A stretch of DNA of 64,000 bases from the human T2T-CHM13v2.0 reference genome, Homo sapiens. The stretch lies in NCBI RefSeq assembly GCF_009914755.1, contig NC_060931.1; one strand, given 5' to 3'. The notes below the pieces were generated by a model, which did not search any database, had not been told where the DNA came from, and worked only from the letters and a program-made list of their open reading frames with translations. Shown here in pieces: positions 42,933 through 62,666 of the stretch. Position numbers and translations under genes: made by a program. Positions within the stretch are counted from its first letter, which is position 1; every line of letters starts with the position of its first letter.

Positions 42933-44499
42933 AAACAGGAAGACCAGCATCATGACAGCAGTCTGTGTGAGAGATAGTGGCCATGAAAACGAGGATGGTA
43001 GCAGTGGTGATCTGACAGTGACACAGTTTCACATAGATTTAAAGGTGAAGTCAGCAGAACTTGCTGATGTATTACATGTGAAAAGCGAAGGAAACAGAGG
43101 TATAAATAATGACCTCTGAGATTTTGAATGTGAGATTGGATGTAGCAATAATTAAAGAAAAGTTTCTTGAGACATTTTCCTTTCTAGGGCGTTTGTCAAG
43201 GTTTTTAAGATAGGTATCCTTTCTACAAGATAGGTGATGTTCTACAAGATAGCAATACTTGATGTAACAGATATGGTAATCACATAAAGTCAATGTTTGT
43301 CTTTTTTTTCCACTATGTACAGCATCCGGTATATAGTAGATGCTCAGTGTCTAGTCATACCCCTAGAATGGGATGTTATCTTCTGTATTTTGGATTTACA
43401 TGTATTTAGGAATCTACAAGAAAAGCCATAGTCATTTCACCAGAACCTAGACATTATATCAACTGGCTTGAAAATGGTAGTTGAAAAGAACTGAATCACT
43501 TATTGAAACACAGAGCTCTCTAACTAACTGGTACTACATACCTAGTGGGCTATCCTCATTGGTACTGAAGACAGTGCTTTTTAGAGAATCTTATAACACA
43601 GTAAGGACACCTTATTTTTAAAGAGAATTAGGCCAAGATTTCTTTGTGAATAGAATTCCTATCATAATGCCTCACTTGATGAGGATGGGAACAACAGATG
43701 TACATGTTAATATAAAATTAAAGTTTAACTTTAAATGTCTACCAGCCACCTTTTATCACCATCCTTCCAAAGATAGTATCTCCTCCAGCTATAGTTTGAC
43801 TTTGCCTCACTTAGTATATTTCCTTTAAAACACTTATCACATTTTATTAGCTTCGTTATTTATTGGTTTGTTAATTGCCTGACTCTTCCATTTGATTATA
43901 AACTGTGCGAGGACAAGGACCTTGTCTGTATCAGGTACTGCTGTAGTTGCAGCAACTATTACACTGCTTGGCACACAGTAGGATCTCAATAAACATTTGC
44001 TGAATAAAAAGATTGAGTATTTGATGAATGATCATAGAAAAGGGCAATAGGCCAGACAGGTATAAAAGGCATTTAACAATTTATCAACCTAGCAACACCT
44101 CACGTTTTATCAAATAAACAGCTACTCTACTGAGGTCTACTAAACAATGCTTTGTAAATACAATACATAAACAGCTTCTATTTAGCATGCTGAAGAAAAT
44201 CTTGCTTGAGAGGTGGGTGACATGGTCCTTCCGTAAAATTTTGAAAAGGCTTTTCATTTGTTGGAAATAGCAAAACCTACTCTAATTCATGTAGGAAAAA
44301 ATAAATAGGTTAACAGATGTTAGATAGCTCATAGAGTCTCCAGTAGGCCTAGAGAATTATACTTGGAGGCTACTCAGCTAGAACATCTAGAACATACCAA
44401 AAGACAACTCCAGCAAAAACCCTGTTTCCCAAGGACAAATAAAGCAGCTTGTACCAATGACACTGTGCCCTGGATGCTATAGGCTCACCTGCTGCTCTC

Positions 44500-44990
44500 C
44501 CCTTAGTCAGGGTTGTCCAAAGAAACAGAATCAATAGGGTGTGTGTGTGTGTGCATGTGTGTGCGTGTGTGTGTATGTTTTCATCTACTCATTTCTCATA
44601 GGAATTGGCTCATATGATTATGGAGGCCAAGTAGTCCCACAATCCACAATCTGTCATCTCCTGCTGGAAAACCAGGAAACTGAAATTCAGTCCAAGTTCA
44701 AAGGCCCAAGAACCAGGAACACTGATCTCCAAGGGCAGGAGAAGATGAACATCCTAGCTCCAATACACAGTGGATTTGCATTTCCTTTCCCTTTTGGTTT
44801 TATCCAGGCCTTCAACAGATTGGATGATGTCCACCGACATTGGTGAGAGTAGATGTTTTTTTACTCAGTCTACTGATTGAAATGCAAACCTCTTCCAGAA
44901 ATGCCCTCACAAACACACCCAGGATAAATGTCCTACCAGCTACCTGGGCATCCCTTAGCCCAGTCAAATTCCATAAAATTAACCAGCACA
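44500..44990 (-). mobile_element. MLT2B-like ERVL LTR with internal (TG)n
   Basis: TTAGTCAGGGTTGTCCAAAGAAACAGAATCAATAGG...ATAAAATTAACCAGCACA. Confidence 0.82.
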
Positions 44991-45599
44991 ACTCCCATAG
45001 CAGAACACAGGGATAGCCACTATTTCCAAAGCATACTTTAGATAGTGATTTTTTCTTTACATCACTGTCCCTCAAAATGAAGCTTTATTTGGGTATACCT
45101 GATACGAGAACTGGGTCACATTTAGTATCAGGTAAAGGTGGCAAAGATTTCTTCCTTGGGAAGACTGGATTCATAACATGGGAAATTACTGAAAGTAAGA
45201 ATGATGGTCAAATAAGCTGGTAGATGATGAAAACATGACACATCCATTATGGCCCATCATTTATTTCACTCTCCTCCACACTCAAACTTCCAGATTATAA
45301 CTACACTATCAACACTAAAAACAAAATGGTCATGTCAATATAACCCAGCTCTCCATTGTTACAAACAAAAGCACACTTGTCCCCTCCTTAAAGATAGAGA
45401 AGATAATGTTTTATGCCTAAATCTGGCTTTAAGTCCAGAATCTACAGGTGATATACATCTCTCCTCTAATTCTGTTATATCTGTATTCTGAATCCAATAA
45501 ACTAAACCATAAAGTTAACCAATACATCCTATTTTAAAAAAGAGGAAAAATGGAAAATTATTTAAAATATATACATATTTAAATGATACAGTAAGAAAA

Positions 45600-46980
45600 A
45601 AATATGGGTAGATACAATAATCCTCTTTTCTGCATCTGTTCACAAGGCTGTGGCTGATATTTATGACTTCTGTCCTCCACTACCCATTCCATATTCTTTG
45701 TCCTCAGTCAGCACCTCGGGTGGTTGGGGTTCTTCTCTTGGTAGTTTGACTCACGTCATCTTTTCTCAAGGATTGAACTCTGGCTAGTCCTGCCTATGAG
45801 AGATTGCAGTGGTCTTCCAAAAACTTTTACTACAAGATATGGGGTACTGGGGGTACTACAGGGGAGCCAACATAATATTAATAGCAGGAAAACTAACCAC
45901 GTCAGACCTGCCCCATTGTGTATAAAGTACACTATTTTTCCTTAGTCATTAAGAGCTCACCCTGGTTAATTCTTTTTTATTTTTTGCCTGTTTATCCAAT
46001 GACATTAGGAGGTCAAGATGTCTGGGTAGCTGTCTTACCTCCAATTCAGCAGAACCACTGTCACATGCCCTGGTGGAAGCATCCCTTCTTTGGGCACTTG
46101 TGCTCTATCTACCCCAGCAGGGGCCAGTGTCATGGGGATAAGAAGCAATATTTTATGAGTCTATCATGAGGAGTAATAGTGAAAGGTGCCACTTCCACTT
46201 CCATCCTCAGTTTCCTGGCACATGGTTTGGCCAAGGGTACAACTGGTAGAGTATTTATTGTATAGGAGTGAAAGAGGCCTTTGTCAAATTTGTTTTCACA
46301 AAGTTTATCAACAGCTTATTGTTTATAAAGCCACTGAACCATGCTTTAAAATGATTAATTGTCAGAATTCAATATTTTTCCACATGAATTTGTGTTACCT
46401 TTGGGATTTTTCAATAAAAATGCAACTGTCTAAAATCCCTAGGCATTATTTCAGTGATATCATAATCATGGAATCAACAGAGGATGAACCCATGAAAATA
46501 TAGAGAATCTTACACTTCTTTTAGAAATTGGGTATCCACATGAAGAAGTAGAAATGTGACATTATAACTACCATTTTGGAATGATGCTTTGTATTAGTCA
46601 GCTTAGCCTAGATTGATGACAGCCCCCAAATCTCAAAGGCTTACAACAGCAACCAAATATTTTTTGGTCACAGTAGATGTCAGCTGCATTAGCTATGATT
46701 CTGCTCTCCATTTTCAACCTAGGACCAAGTTGGAGTACCAGCCCTTTCACATCTTGGGATATAAATCTCAAGTGGTGAAGGGGAAAAAGAAAGAAAATGT
46801 TAGAACCTCATGAAGGCTCTTAATATCTTTCACTAAAATGCCATGTGTCACTCTCACCCACATTGGCCAAAGCCAGTCAGAGGGCCTGATGTGGAGTAGG
46901 GAGCATCTTGATGCCAGTGGGAGAGGAAGCTTATGCCTCTCAAATAATTGGGAACAGTAATGCAAGCTGTCCCATGCCCT
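45600..46980. mobile_element. Decayed ERVL/MaLR internal and MLT1 LTR fragments
   Basis: ERVL-internal-like TCCTCCACTACCCATTCC and MLT1-like TGTATTAGTCAG...CACATTGGCCAAAGC. Low resolution. Confidence 0.45.
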
Positions 46981-48189
46981 GACATGAATATTTACTCCAC
47001 TCAAGGCAAAGTAGTGCAATCTAAGCTGAAACTACTTTAAAAATGTTTAAAGCTTTTTATTTGGTTGGATAAAATAGATTTAAAAGAACAATCTTAAATC
47101 TTTTCTTGGGGCAGTACATTTTCTTAATATTTTTCTTCCATAAAAGGCAGTAATCAGGAAGCTTTTATTATCATAGTTGATTGGTTTTAGAACTTCAGTA
47201 TAACAGTGCCGTCCAGAGCATGAAGAAGATGGCTTTTCAGTCTCTGTTGGTACATCGTCATGAGCCCTAGGATTTACACAAGAGAGATTTTACTCACATT
47301 AATATTCTGAGAGGTTAAGTAAATTTCCTGAGGTCGTGGTCATATTAACTGGTGCATAATGGATTCAAACCAAAGATGATTCCAATATTTAATATACTAA
47401 TCTTTCCATTTCATATTGATAAAGAAATCCTTGTTATTTGCTTGTTACTGTGTGAGATAAGAAGTTCCATGTTTTCTGTATGTCTTTAATGATCTTCAAC
47501 CTCCTTTGGGACTCTACTTAAGATAAGCCTATGTCCTTAATTATGTCACCATGGATTCTGCCCTGGTGTATTCTGCCTTATGTTTGTGATTACATAGTTT
47601 GACTACAAGCTTGGAAAAGAAAGACCTAATATGATGCCTTGAATCAGCTGCCACTACATATACCAGAATATATTGTATTGCTTCCACTGAAAATTTTGAT
47701 GTTATATTTCATTAATTCACCACTCTGGGTTGATCGAAAAGTACTCTAAGATTCTGTAACAGATCTATAGTTACTGAATGTGTGTGAAAGGAACAAATCA
47801 AATTGTTTTCCAGCTTGCAGGATGAATTATCTTCCTATAAAGGGTACCTATTATAAGGAAATTTTTCTTATAAATTTCAGCAGGCAGCTCCTAATTTACC
47901 TTATTCATTTTATACAAAACACATTGAGAAACTGTTTGCATGAAGTCATTGATTAGAAGTTACGTCTGGAATTGCTGTTTTAAAATACTCTAAAGGGATA
48001 TCTTTTATAGGCTTTACTACTTAATACAGCCCACCAAAGAATGTTTCCCCATGAGCAATAACTAGGAATCTTAGTTTAACATATATATTGAATTTCTAGA
48101 ATTATTTTGGCAGAGGAACACTTGCAATAGATACCTCATCAACAGGACTTTAAATAGCCTTGCCGACCCAGGGTTTTTAAAAAAGAATT

Positions 48190-48640
48190 TGGGGAGATCA
48201 GGAACTTAAAATTATTCTAAATGTCATCTGAAAAAAATACATACATGGAATGACCTGGAAAGGAGGAGGAAAAGGTAAAGGAGAAGGAAATAAAGAAGAC
48301 TTGTTTGCCAACTAGAAAAACATTATTATAAAGTTACAGAAATTAAAAACCATCACTGAGCCAAAAGCAGGGAGACAAATCAATGTAACAGAATACAATG
48401 CCAAAACAGTCCTATAAATATGAGAATTTGGTATATAATAAGGGTATCATTTCAAATCTGTAGAGAAAACATGGTCCCTTTAATAAATGATATTGTGAAA
48501 ACTGGCTAGTGTTTTAGGGTAAAACATTTGGATTTCTGTATCATTCCTTTGCCAAAATAAGTTCTGAATGGATCAATGACTTAAATATTTAAAAATAAAA
48601 TTAAATATAAAAAGTACTTATTATGGATTAATATTTTTAT
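48190..48640 (+). mobile_element. Old L1M ORF2 3' fragment
   Basis: ATTCTAAATGTCATCTGAAA, TTTAATAAATGATATTGTGAAAACTGG, AATGGATCAATGACTTAAAT. Confidence 0.7.
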
Positions 48641-51600
48641 CATGTAATTTCCTTGACTTTTCTGCATTTGTTGTTAAGGTGCATGTTTCATCGAAGCAAG
48701 GACCATCTTTACTTCAGTCACCATTGCATCTGTAATTCCTAGCATATCATCAGGCGCCCTCAGAAAATAGCTGTCAAAGAGCTAAATGAAAAAATTAATA
48801 GTTTACCAGACATAATTACTAGACACTATTGTTTCTTACAGTGGTCTGCATATCCATCTGTCCTGTTTAAGAAACTTATGGATAGAAGGGAACCTAACCA
48901 TTCACATTCATCACTTGTAGGGAAAAGATCAATGAAAAAAACTAAATATCTCCTGAGGTCGATTATGGGGGTAAATAAGACTTGGGTAGGCTTCTCACCA
49001 CTCAGCCAAAGAATACAAGCTTAACAAGAGTCAGTTATGTTGAATTACTGACATGCTGACATGCTGAGATTTTGCCTTTTCTATCCCCATCAGATTAACT
49101 GATAGCTTACAAGGCAAAACAGAAATCATTCTGGAGTCTCATGTCTACACCTGAGCATCAGTCTTTTTTTTTTTAACCCACAAACACTGGTCTTTGCAAG
49201 GTACTATAGTTCACTCCCCTGTCATAGAATACCTACATCTCTGTTATACATGACTTATAATGAGACTCTTCAATATGGCATTCTCTTGTTGATCAGCTGC
49301 CATGGCATTCATTCAGTATGGTAGAGAAGAGCACATTGATTGTTATTGCTATTGGCTAAATTTCCTGACACCTTGTCAGAATGACAAATGAAGGAAGCAG
49401 CAAGTCCTCACACAACCATGACTTCTTAGGCAGCATCACCTGGGGTTTCAACACCAGTAGTTATAGCAGGTAGACCATGAGCTTTGGGCCAAGACATGCC
49501 CAGTTCCAAACCCTAATTTAGACACATCCTAGAACCACAACAAGGTTTTTCCTTACTTGAAAGACTTTGTCAAAGGCTTGTTCCTGCTAGCTGACTCACT
49601 GCTGATACAGGACACGAGGAACCCCAGACATCCCACCATTCCTCATTTGGTGTCTGCCCACTTACACAGAACCCTGTCTGCCTCTTCTCTTGAGCCAGGC
49701 CCAGGTGGTAGGGAGCCACATTAAGAATGGTGGACAAAGAATGATAAACTCTCTCAAGCCCATTCCAGGACAATCCAAGTAATCTAAAGGAGGATTCATA
49801 CAGGAAAACAAGTTAATACAATTAACCAGAATGAAGGGGTAAACTAGAGAGTTGGAAGGAAAGAGAGGAAAAAAACATAAGCAAAAGCTGAATGGTTGGG
49901 TGGTTCAAGGCCTAGATACTTTCATTAGGCCTGGAATTAAGTGGAAAAGCAATTCAGCTGCCTTCTGCATGAGAGAAAGAGAGAGGAGCCCGCATAAAGG
50001 CCATTTATGGTCCAGGACAGAGAGATGAAAGAAAGAGAATTTTTAGAGCCTGGCAGAGAAGTTAGGAGGGAACAGTAGTAAAAAAGAGGGAAATTAGATA
50101 AGAAGACATTTTGAAGAAACACATAATTTGTTTATGTTTAAATATTTTATTCTTTGTGTGGTCTCAGTGGAAAATTGCCAAAGGGATGATGTGTTTTACT
50201 TGCTTCACAAAGGGCCTTGCACAGGGCCCCATGCACGCTTCCCATCCTTTATGGCTGACTCCTGCAATACATGTCCCCTAAACTCAGAGAACTCCCTTGA
50301 GGATCTCTTGTGTGGCCATTGCCCACATTGCTCTGGGATATCATGAGCATTGTTGCCTTGTACAGCTTTGCGGTTTACAAGAGAGTCGCTAAACATTTCA
50401 CCAAAGTCATTCTGAAGATCCCCTTTCAACAGTTTCATGCAATGGCGATTTTCACTTCTGCAAAACTGCAATGAAGGCCACATCATCTTTTTTCAAGGTC
50501 TGTGAGTCACTTGAGATTATGGCTGTTATTAATAGACTGCAAAATCAACCATCTCCTTCTTCACCTCAGCCAGTCAGTTGAGCATTCAATATGTATTGAG
50601 AACCTATAATGCCTTTGCCTTCAAGAGGCACAGGTCAGTTCTGTCCTCAAGAAGCTGCCCCCAAGGTGTCCAGCTATGTTCCTATCTGGAGGGAGGAGAA
50701 GGCCATCCTTAATCTTTGGGGCTGATGAGTCCAGCGCTTCTTCAACATTTCCTGTCTCATAAACCCCTCCCCTCCCATTACTTTCTCTGAAAAAGTAATT
50801 TGATATTCTGGGAGAAAGGAGGAGTTTGGAGGGCAGGAGAGGTTTCCCACACCCCCAAATCTTTCCAAGTAGCATTCCAAGATGTCACTAAGGGCAGTCC
50901 TCTTTAATTCTTCATCTGCTGCTTTGGGGCATCTACCATTTGCTCAGTGGCACCATCTCACATGAAATCAAATATCCTCAAAATCCATCAACTGACATCT
51001 TCTGTTGGAAAGGGATAACTTGGGTCTACTTCATTGGAACCTTCAAATTTAAGACTCTTGCCTAAGACTGTGGGTTGCTCTTCCATTACCACACCAATCA
51101 AATCAGCTGAATCTTAGAGAGCAGGGCTCTGAAGGAATAGAGGAGGGGTGAGAACACGCCAGGGGAGGACAGCAAGAGGTAAAAGATAAGTCTTTGACAG
51201 TCAGATCCCTGAGTACTAGGAGTGGACGTTTGGAGGCTCACTGAAAGGGAGAATGGAAAGATAAAAGACACCATAGAGCCAGGATGAACTCTGTCTACCA
51301 CTGCACTTCGATGAGGTCCTGCTCAGTACATAGCTTAGAAAAATTCAAAGTCAAGTCAGGTCCCCTAAACCCTACCTAGCTAGGAATCACTGTATGTTCC
51401 CCTCCCTGAGTCATTTAAGTTGGCATAGGGGCAAACCAAATTTGGGGATGGTTAAAAGATAAAAAGGTGATTGATTTCCATGTCTATAGTTGTCATCTTA
51501 CTCTAAGACCTCCCATAGTTTAGGGTATTATCAGTGTTATTAACTTTATTGAGCTCTCCTAGTAAACTAGAGGTTTCAGGAATTGTACATACACAAAGTC

Positions 51601-52020
51601 ACAACACATACACATCTGCATTTGAAATTCAGAAGCTGATGAAAGTAGGCCATACATGGGATGGGTCTCAAATCCCTTTACATGAAGAAAAGTCAGAGTA
51701 GCCGCCAAGGCACTCCTCACTCCTCACAGAGGAGTTGGGATTTTGGCAGAGGCCCAGGATGGGCATAGGTGTCAACTTCTCAGAAGTAGGTATACCAGAA
51801 AGAGAAGCTGGTAGGGGGAGGAACACATATGCTCTAAGACCAGCACTATCCAGTAGAAACATAATGGCAGCCACGTAGAGGAAATTTTAATTTTCTAGTA
51901 ACCACATTAAAAAAGCAAGAGAAATATTAATTTAAAAGTATTTTCACCTATATATCAAAATATTTCAACATGTATCCCAAACCAAAATTATTAATGAGTT
52001 ATCTTACATTATTTTCATAC

Positions 52021-58068
<6,048 letters not shown>

Positions 58069-58151
58069 CATACTACGTTTTGGAAATTCGTGTTATTTTA
58101 TACTGACAGTGCATCTCACTTTGGACTAGTCACCTTTCAAATGCTCAGTAG

Positions 58152-58307
58152 CCATGCCCTTTTTCACTTTAGCTGGCTGGCTGAGGTGAAGAAGGGCATG
58201 GTTGATTTTGTGGTCTATCAACAACTGCCATAATCTCAAGTGACTCACACAACTGGAAAAAAAAATGGCATTATGTGATATGTGACCCTCATTGCAATTA
58301 TAGGCAG
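58152..58307. repeat. Inverted local duplication of ~50458-50580 plus fold-back arm, inserted in MER33
   Basis: Its reverse complement shares TGTGAGTCACTTGAGATTATGGC, CAAAATCAACCAT and CCTTCTTCACCTCAGCCAG with 50501-50573. Confidence 0.9.
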
Positions 58308-59089
58308 TGGCTACCATACTGGACAGCATAGAACCTATACCATTACCATTATAGGCTATTCCGAAGGTGGATAAAGGCAGCCATGAGGCCCAGGCTCATG
58401 TTCCAGAATCTGTGTCCAGCACAGGTGGCTTTGCCAGGCACACCAGGTAAGTTCTAGGCCAGTGCTTCTCACCCATTTTGAAGTGACACATTGATGTGCC
58501 ACAATCAGTTCTGAGGTATGCTATAATGTGTTACTAATGGTTTAAGGTACCAACAATTGCAAATATTTAAAGAGGATATTCAACATTATTTATCTCATTC
58601 ATTTGTATATTGACTTTCCTTTTAAGTGGGAGAGAAAGGGGTGCATTTATGGCCACTGTATGGGAAATTGTGTTTAACCCTTGCACATGACCATGGGGGT
58701 ATCATCTGTGTGAACACTCATTCATATTTTGTTGCAGAAAAAAGTAGATAAGTACAAAGCTTTCCTAGGAAGTCTCCACACTTGTTTAATACCTTTACAC
58801 AAGCAGGTTCTTGATGAATATGGGGCAAGCTGGAAAGACCCACTGAGTCATCTAAGCCCTGTTCTGCTGGCTTGCCCCATTTTACTATATTCTGCAATGA
58901 AATCACAATGTGCATTGAGCCTGATCCCCAACCTTTCTTCCTGCCAAAAGTGATGGAATTCTCCCTGTTCTTATGGGTACAAAAATTCTAGAAAGAAAGA
59001 TAGTGGTGGATAGTGGTGCTTCAGATACTTTTTGGATAACATATTTTTTAACATTCAGACTTCTCCATGTCCTTTAATTCTATCTACTC

Positions 59090-59245
59090 AAAGTGTGGTC
59101 CTCAGACCAGAAGCACGAGCGTCATGTGAAAACTCTGTAGAAATGCAAAATTTCAGGTCCCAACCCAGACCTGCTGAATAAAAATATTCACTTTACTAGG
59201 ATCGCTAGGAAATTCCTGAGCACATTCAAATTGAAAAGCAGTGTC
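59090..59245. mobile_element. MER5A hAT MITE
   Basis: CTACTCAAAGTGTGGTCCTCAGACCAG...TAGAAATGCAAAATTTCAGG. Confidence 0.8.
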
Positions 59246-59404
59246 TTAGCCACATTTCCTGGGTGCTCATCTCAGTTTCCTGTGATTTAGGCAGGCCTTT
59301 CCCTGGTGCCCATCTGAGTAATGGGCCTGTTTGAGCTATGTCTCTTCTAGAAATTGATATAGTTACCAGAGTATATAACAGGAACAGCACACAAACTTGG
59401 GAAC

Positions 59405-59899
59405 CGCAATGGTTAACTTGGTATCAATTTGACTGGGAAATGGGTGCCCAGATTTGGCTCAACATTATTTCTAGGTGTGTCTGTGAGGGTGTTTCCAGAA
59501 GAGATGAATGTCTGAATAGGTAGACTGAGTAAACTGAGTAAAGCAAATGGCCCTCCCCAATGTGTGTGGGTATCATTCAATCTATTGAGGATCCAAATAG
59601 AACAAAAAGGTGAAGGAAGGAAGGGAGAATTCCCTCCCTCTGATGAACTGCTTGAGCTGGGACATCAGTCTTCTCTTGCCCTCAGACTGGGACTTACACA
59701 GTCAGCATTTCTGGTTCCCAGGCCTTCGGACTCAGACTGGAACTACCCCCTCAGGCCTTCCTGGGCCTCCAGCTTGCAGGCAGCAGATCCTGGGACTTAG
59801 CCTCCATTGATGGCGTGAGCCAATTCCTTATACTAAATCTCTTTCTAGATATATAAATATATCTTACTGGTCTGTGTGTCTCTAGAAAACCCTAATACA
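59405..59899 (+). mobile_element. MLT2 (C/D-like) ERVL LTR
   Basis: TGGTTAACTTGGTATCAATTTGACTGGG...TCTCTAGAAAACCCTAATACA. Confidence 0.82.
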
Positions 59900-60281
59900 A
59901 GAACTATCTCCAGGCTAGAGATTGGTTGGTTCTCTTCATTCATCTCAAGCCTAAGGAAACATCCACATAGAAGTCTCAAGTTGTGGATAGAGAGGCCAGC
60001 ATTTACTGTACTCCCATCTTGGCTAAGGAATAGATCCTGAAAAACTCAGAGGGAAATTCAAGTGCCCTGGCACTTCCAAGCCAGTTTTGCAGCCTGCAGC
60101 ATTTTGTACTTCTCCACGACTTGCTGACCACCCTCCAGGATCCTAAAGCACCCTTCATGTGTGTTCAGGTTTCTAACTGAACTCAAGACCCCTGAGACTG
60201 CTCCTGTTCATATTGACACACAGCTAGACAGTGGGCTACTGGGCTAAAAATGTGACAATTTCTCATTCGAAACCCAATTGA

Positions 60282-60557
60282 GCCTTTAATCCCAGCACTT
60301 TGGGAGGCTAAAGCAGGAGGATCACTTGAGCCCAGGAGGTCAAGGCTGAAGTGAGCTGTGATCATACCACTGCACTGCACTCCAGCCTGAGAGACAGAGT
60401 GAGACCTTGTCAAAAGGAAGGAAAGGAAGGGAGGGAGGGGAGAGAGGGGGGAGGGGAGGGAGGGAGTGAGGGAGGGGAGGGAGTGAGGGAGAGAGAGAGG
60501 GAGGAAAAGAGGAAGGAAGGAAGGAAGGAAGGAAAGAAGGCAGGCAGGCAGGCAGGC
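60282..60557 (+). mobile_element. Monomeric Alu (FRAM/AluJ-like) with purine-rich (GGAA/GGGA/GGCA)n tail
   Basis: Single arm at 60282-60411 followed by a ~145-bp G/A-rich tract. Confidence 0.82.
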
Positions 60558-60849
60558 CAGCCGGCCTCAATTATTATTTGGAGTCCTCTGAAAGCTGAAG
60601 GGAGATAAAAGTCAATGGCACAAGAACACAAACTCACTCTTTTGGGGTAGAACCTGTGTGATAAGCACAGCTGCTGAAGTGACGCAAATCAGTTAAAGAA
60701 GGCAATCAGCCAGACCTCAAATCATCACATCTAGTGCTTAAAAGAGAGGACACAGAAAGTACAAAATCTTTCTTGTAGAATGATCAAATAGAAAATTGAA
60801 GAAAGTTATTTTAGATTTTTTTAGACATTTATTATTAGAAATAAACACC

Positions 60850-61120
60850 AATGTAATACTTGTCACAGGTAAAATCTATCCATGGATGCTAAACTTAATG
60901 GGTAAGAGTATAAGAAACAGAACGTTTAGATAGTTTCAACGTATCTTTGTGCAAGTATTTGTTAATTACAAGGAGGAAAATATCAATTTTACAGTGGAGA
61001 AGCCTGGCAGACACAACCTTAAGGGAGTAATCAAAGTTAGCATCACCAGAAATAAGACGTATTGACTTCATTTGCCCACTGGCACGATGCCAGCATCTCT
61101 GAGAACAACACTCAGCCTGT
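60850..61120 (+). mobile_element. L1MC/ME 3' region fragment
   Basis: TTTACAGTGGAGAAGCCTGGCAGACAC...TCAAAGTTAGCATCACCAG; homologous to ~1090-1160. Confidence 0.6.
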
Positions 61121-62354
61121 AGAGATTCAACATCAAGCCTAAGGCTTTCCACACACTGGGTGCAACTAGTCTCCTCTTTCTACTGTTTATTTAAGGTTAC
61201 AGGTTGGATCTAATTTGGACACTTGCCCAGACCATTTTCACAAGAACTCTTAAACCCATCTTCCTCTGGGTCCTTTGAGGAGAACTTTGAGGCTCATAAT
61301 GAGATCCACCATATTTGGACCCAAAGGGTAGTAGTTGCTACCCTGCATTCCTTAGGGAGAAGCAGAGAACCCACTTAAGAGAATAGCAGCCAAGAGTTAA
61401 AAGCACATGACTCACCCCAGAGGCTCTGAAAAATTTCTAAAAAGAGGAGAATCCAGCCCAGATTCTGGTATATAGTGGAGAAAGATGGTGTTAAGAGAGC
61501 AGAAACTACCCTTGTGTTGGCATAACCACAACGCACAGAGCAGACTAGGAAGACTCAGGCACAGAGAGCCTCATCAGTGTCATCCAAGAGCAGGCTGACT
61601 TTGGTTATTGAATGAGATCAAGAGCTGGGGACTGAGGAGTTGGGTGTGTGTGCCAAGCATGTCACCCCTGCATGTCATGTAGCAAGTGCTCATGGCTTTT
61701 GGTACATGAATGAACCAATTAAACTTAATTAAATGATTAAGCTTAATTAAGCTATAATCCAGGCTTTTGATTTCCCAGCAGTGGGTATAGCTCAGGAGAT
61801 TTGGATTTTATCTATTTAGGGAAACTTCATATAAACGAATGTACAAATCCGATCTTAGCCAACAGAGAGGGTGTTAGTCTGGGGGAAAATACATTTTATT
61901 TGGTTGGCCCGCTTGGTCCATCTCATTGTAGCCAAATCCAACAATGAATAATTTTGTTTGGTGGCCCCTGATGCAGTTTTGCATTCCTCCATGGGAGGAA
62001 TGATGAGTGCTCTCAAATTTTGTCAGGCAGACTGCTGCCTCCCTTTCCGCTCTGGGCACATTCTCACAAACTCAAGGGACCTGGAGCATCAGGGCTTCTC
62101 CTGGCTTGGTGTTAAAGGTACACTGACACATGCTATCTTTGACCCTTCACACAGGACTCCATGGGACACCAGTCTTCTATAGTGCAATTCACTTGTCTTG
62201 ACCTTCTTGCTCATGCAATTTGACCTTAGCTACCTTAGTCCTATGTCCTTTCAGTCACCTATTTTTTCTGGGAGGTGACATTAATAATCTTTGATTATTA
62301 AATCTTTTATATGGTGGTTCTTCTTCATTTCAGTCTCAGAGGATAACTTTCTAA

Positions 62355-62666
<312 letters not shown>

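Noticed and set aside
47851-47873. AT-rich imperfect palindrome TTATAAGGAAATTTTTCTTATAA
   Set aside because: Short, and expected by chance in AT-rich DNA.
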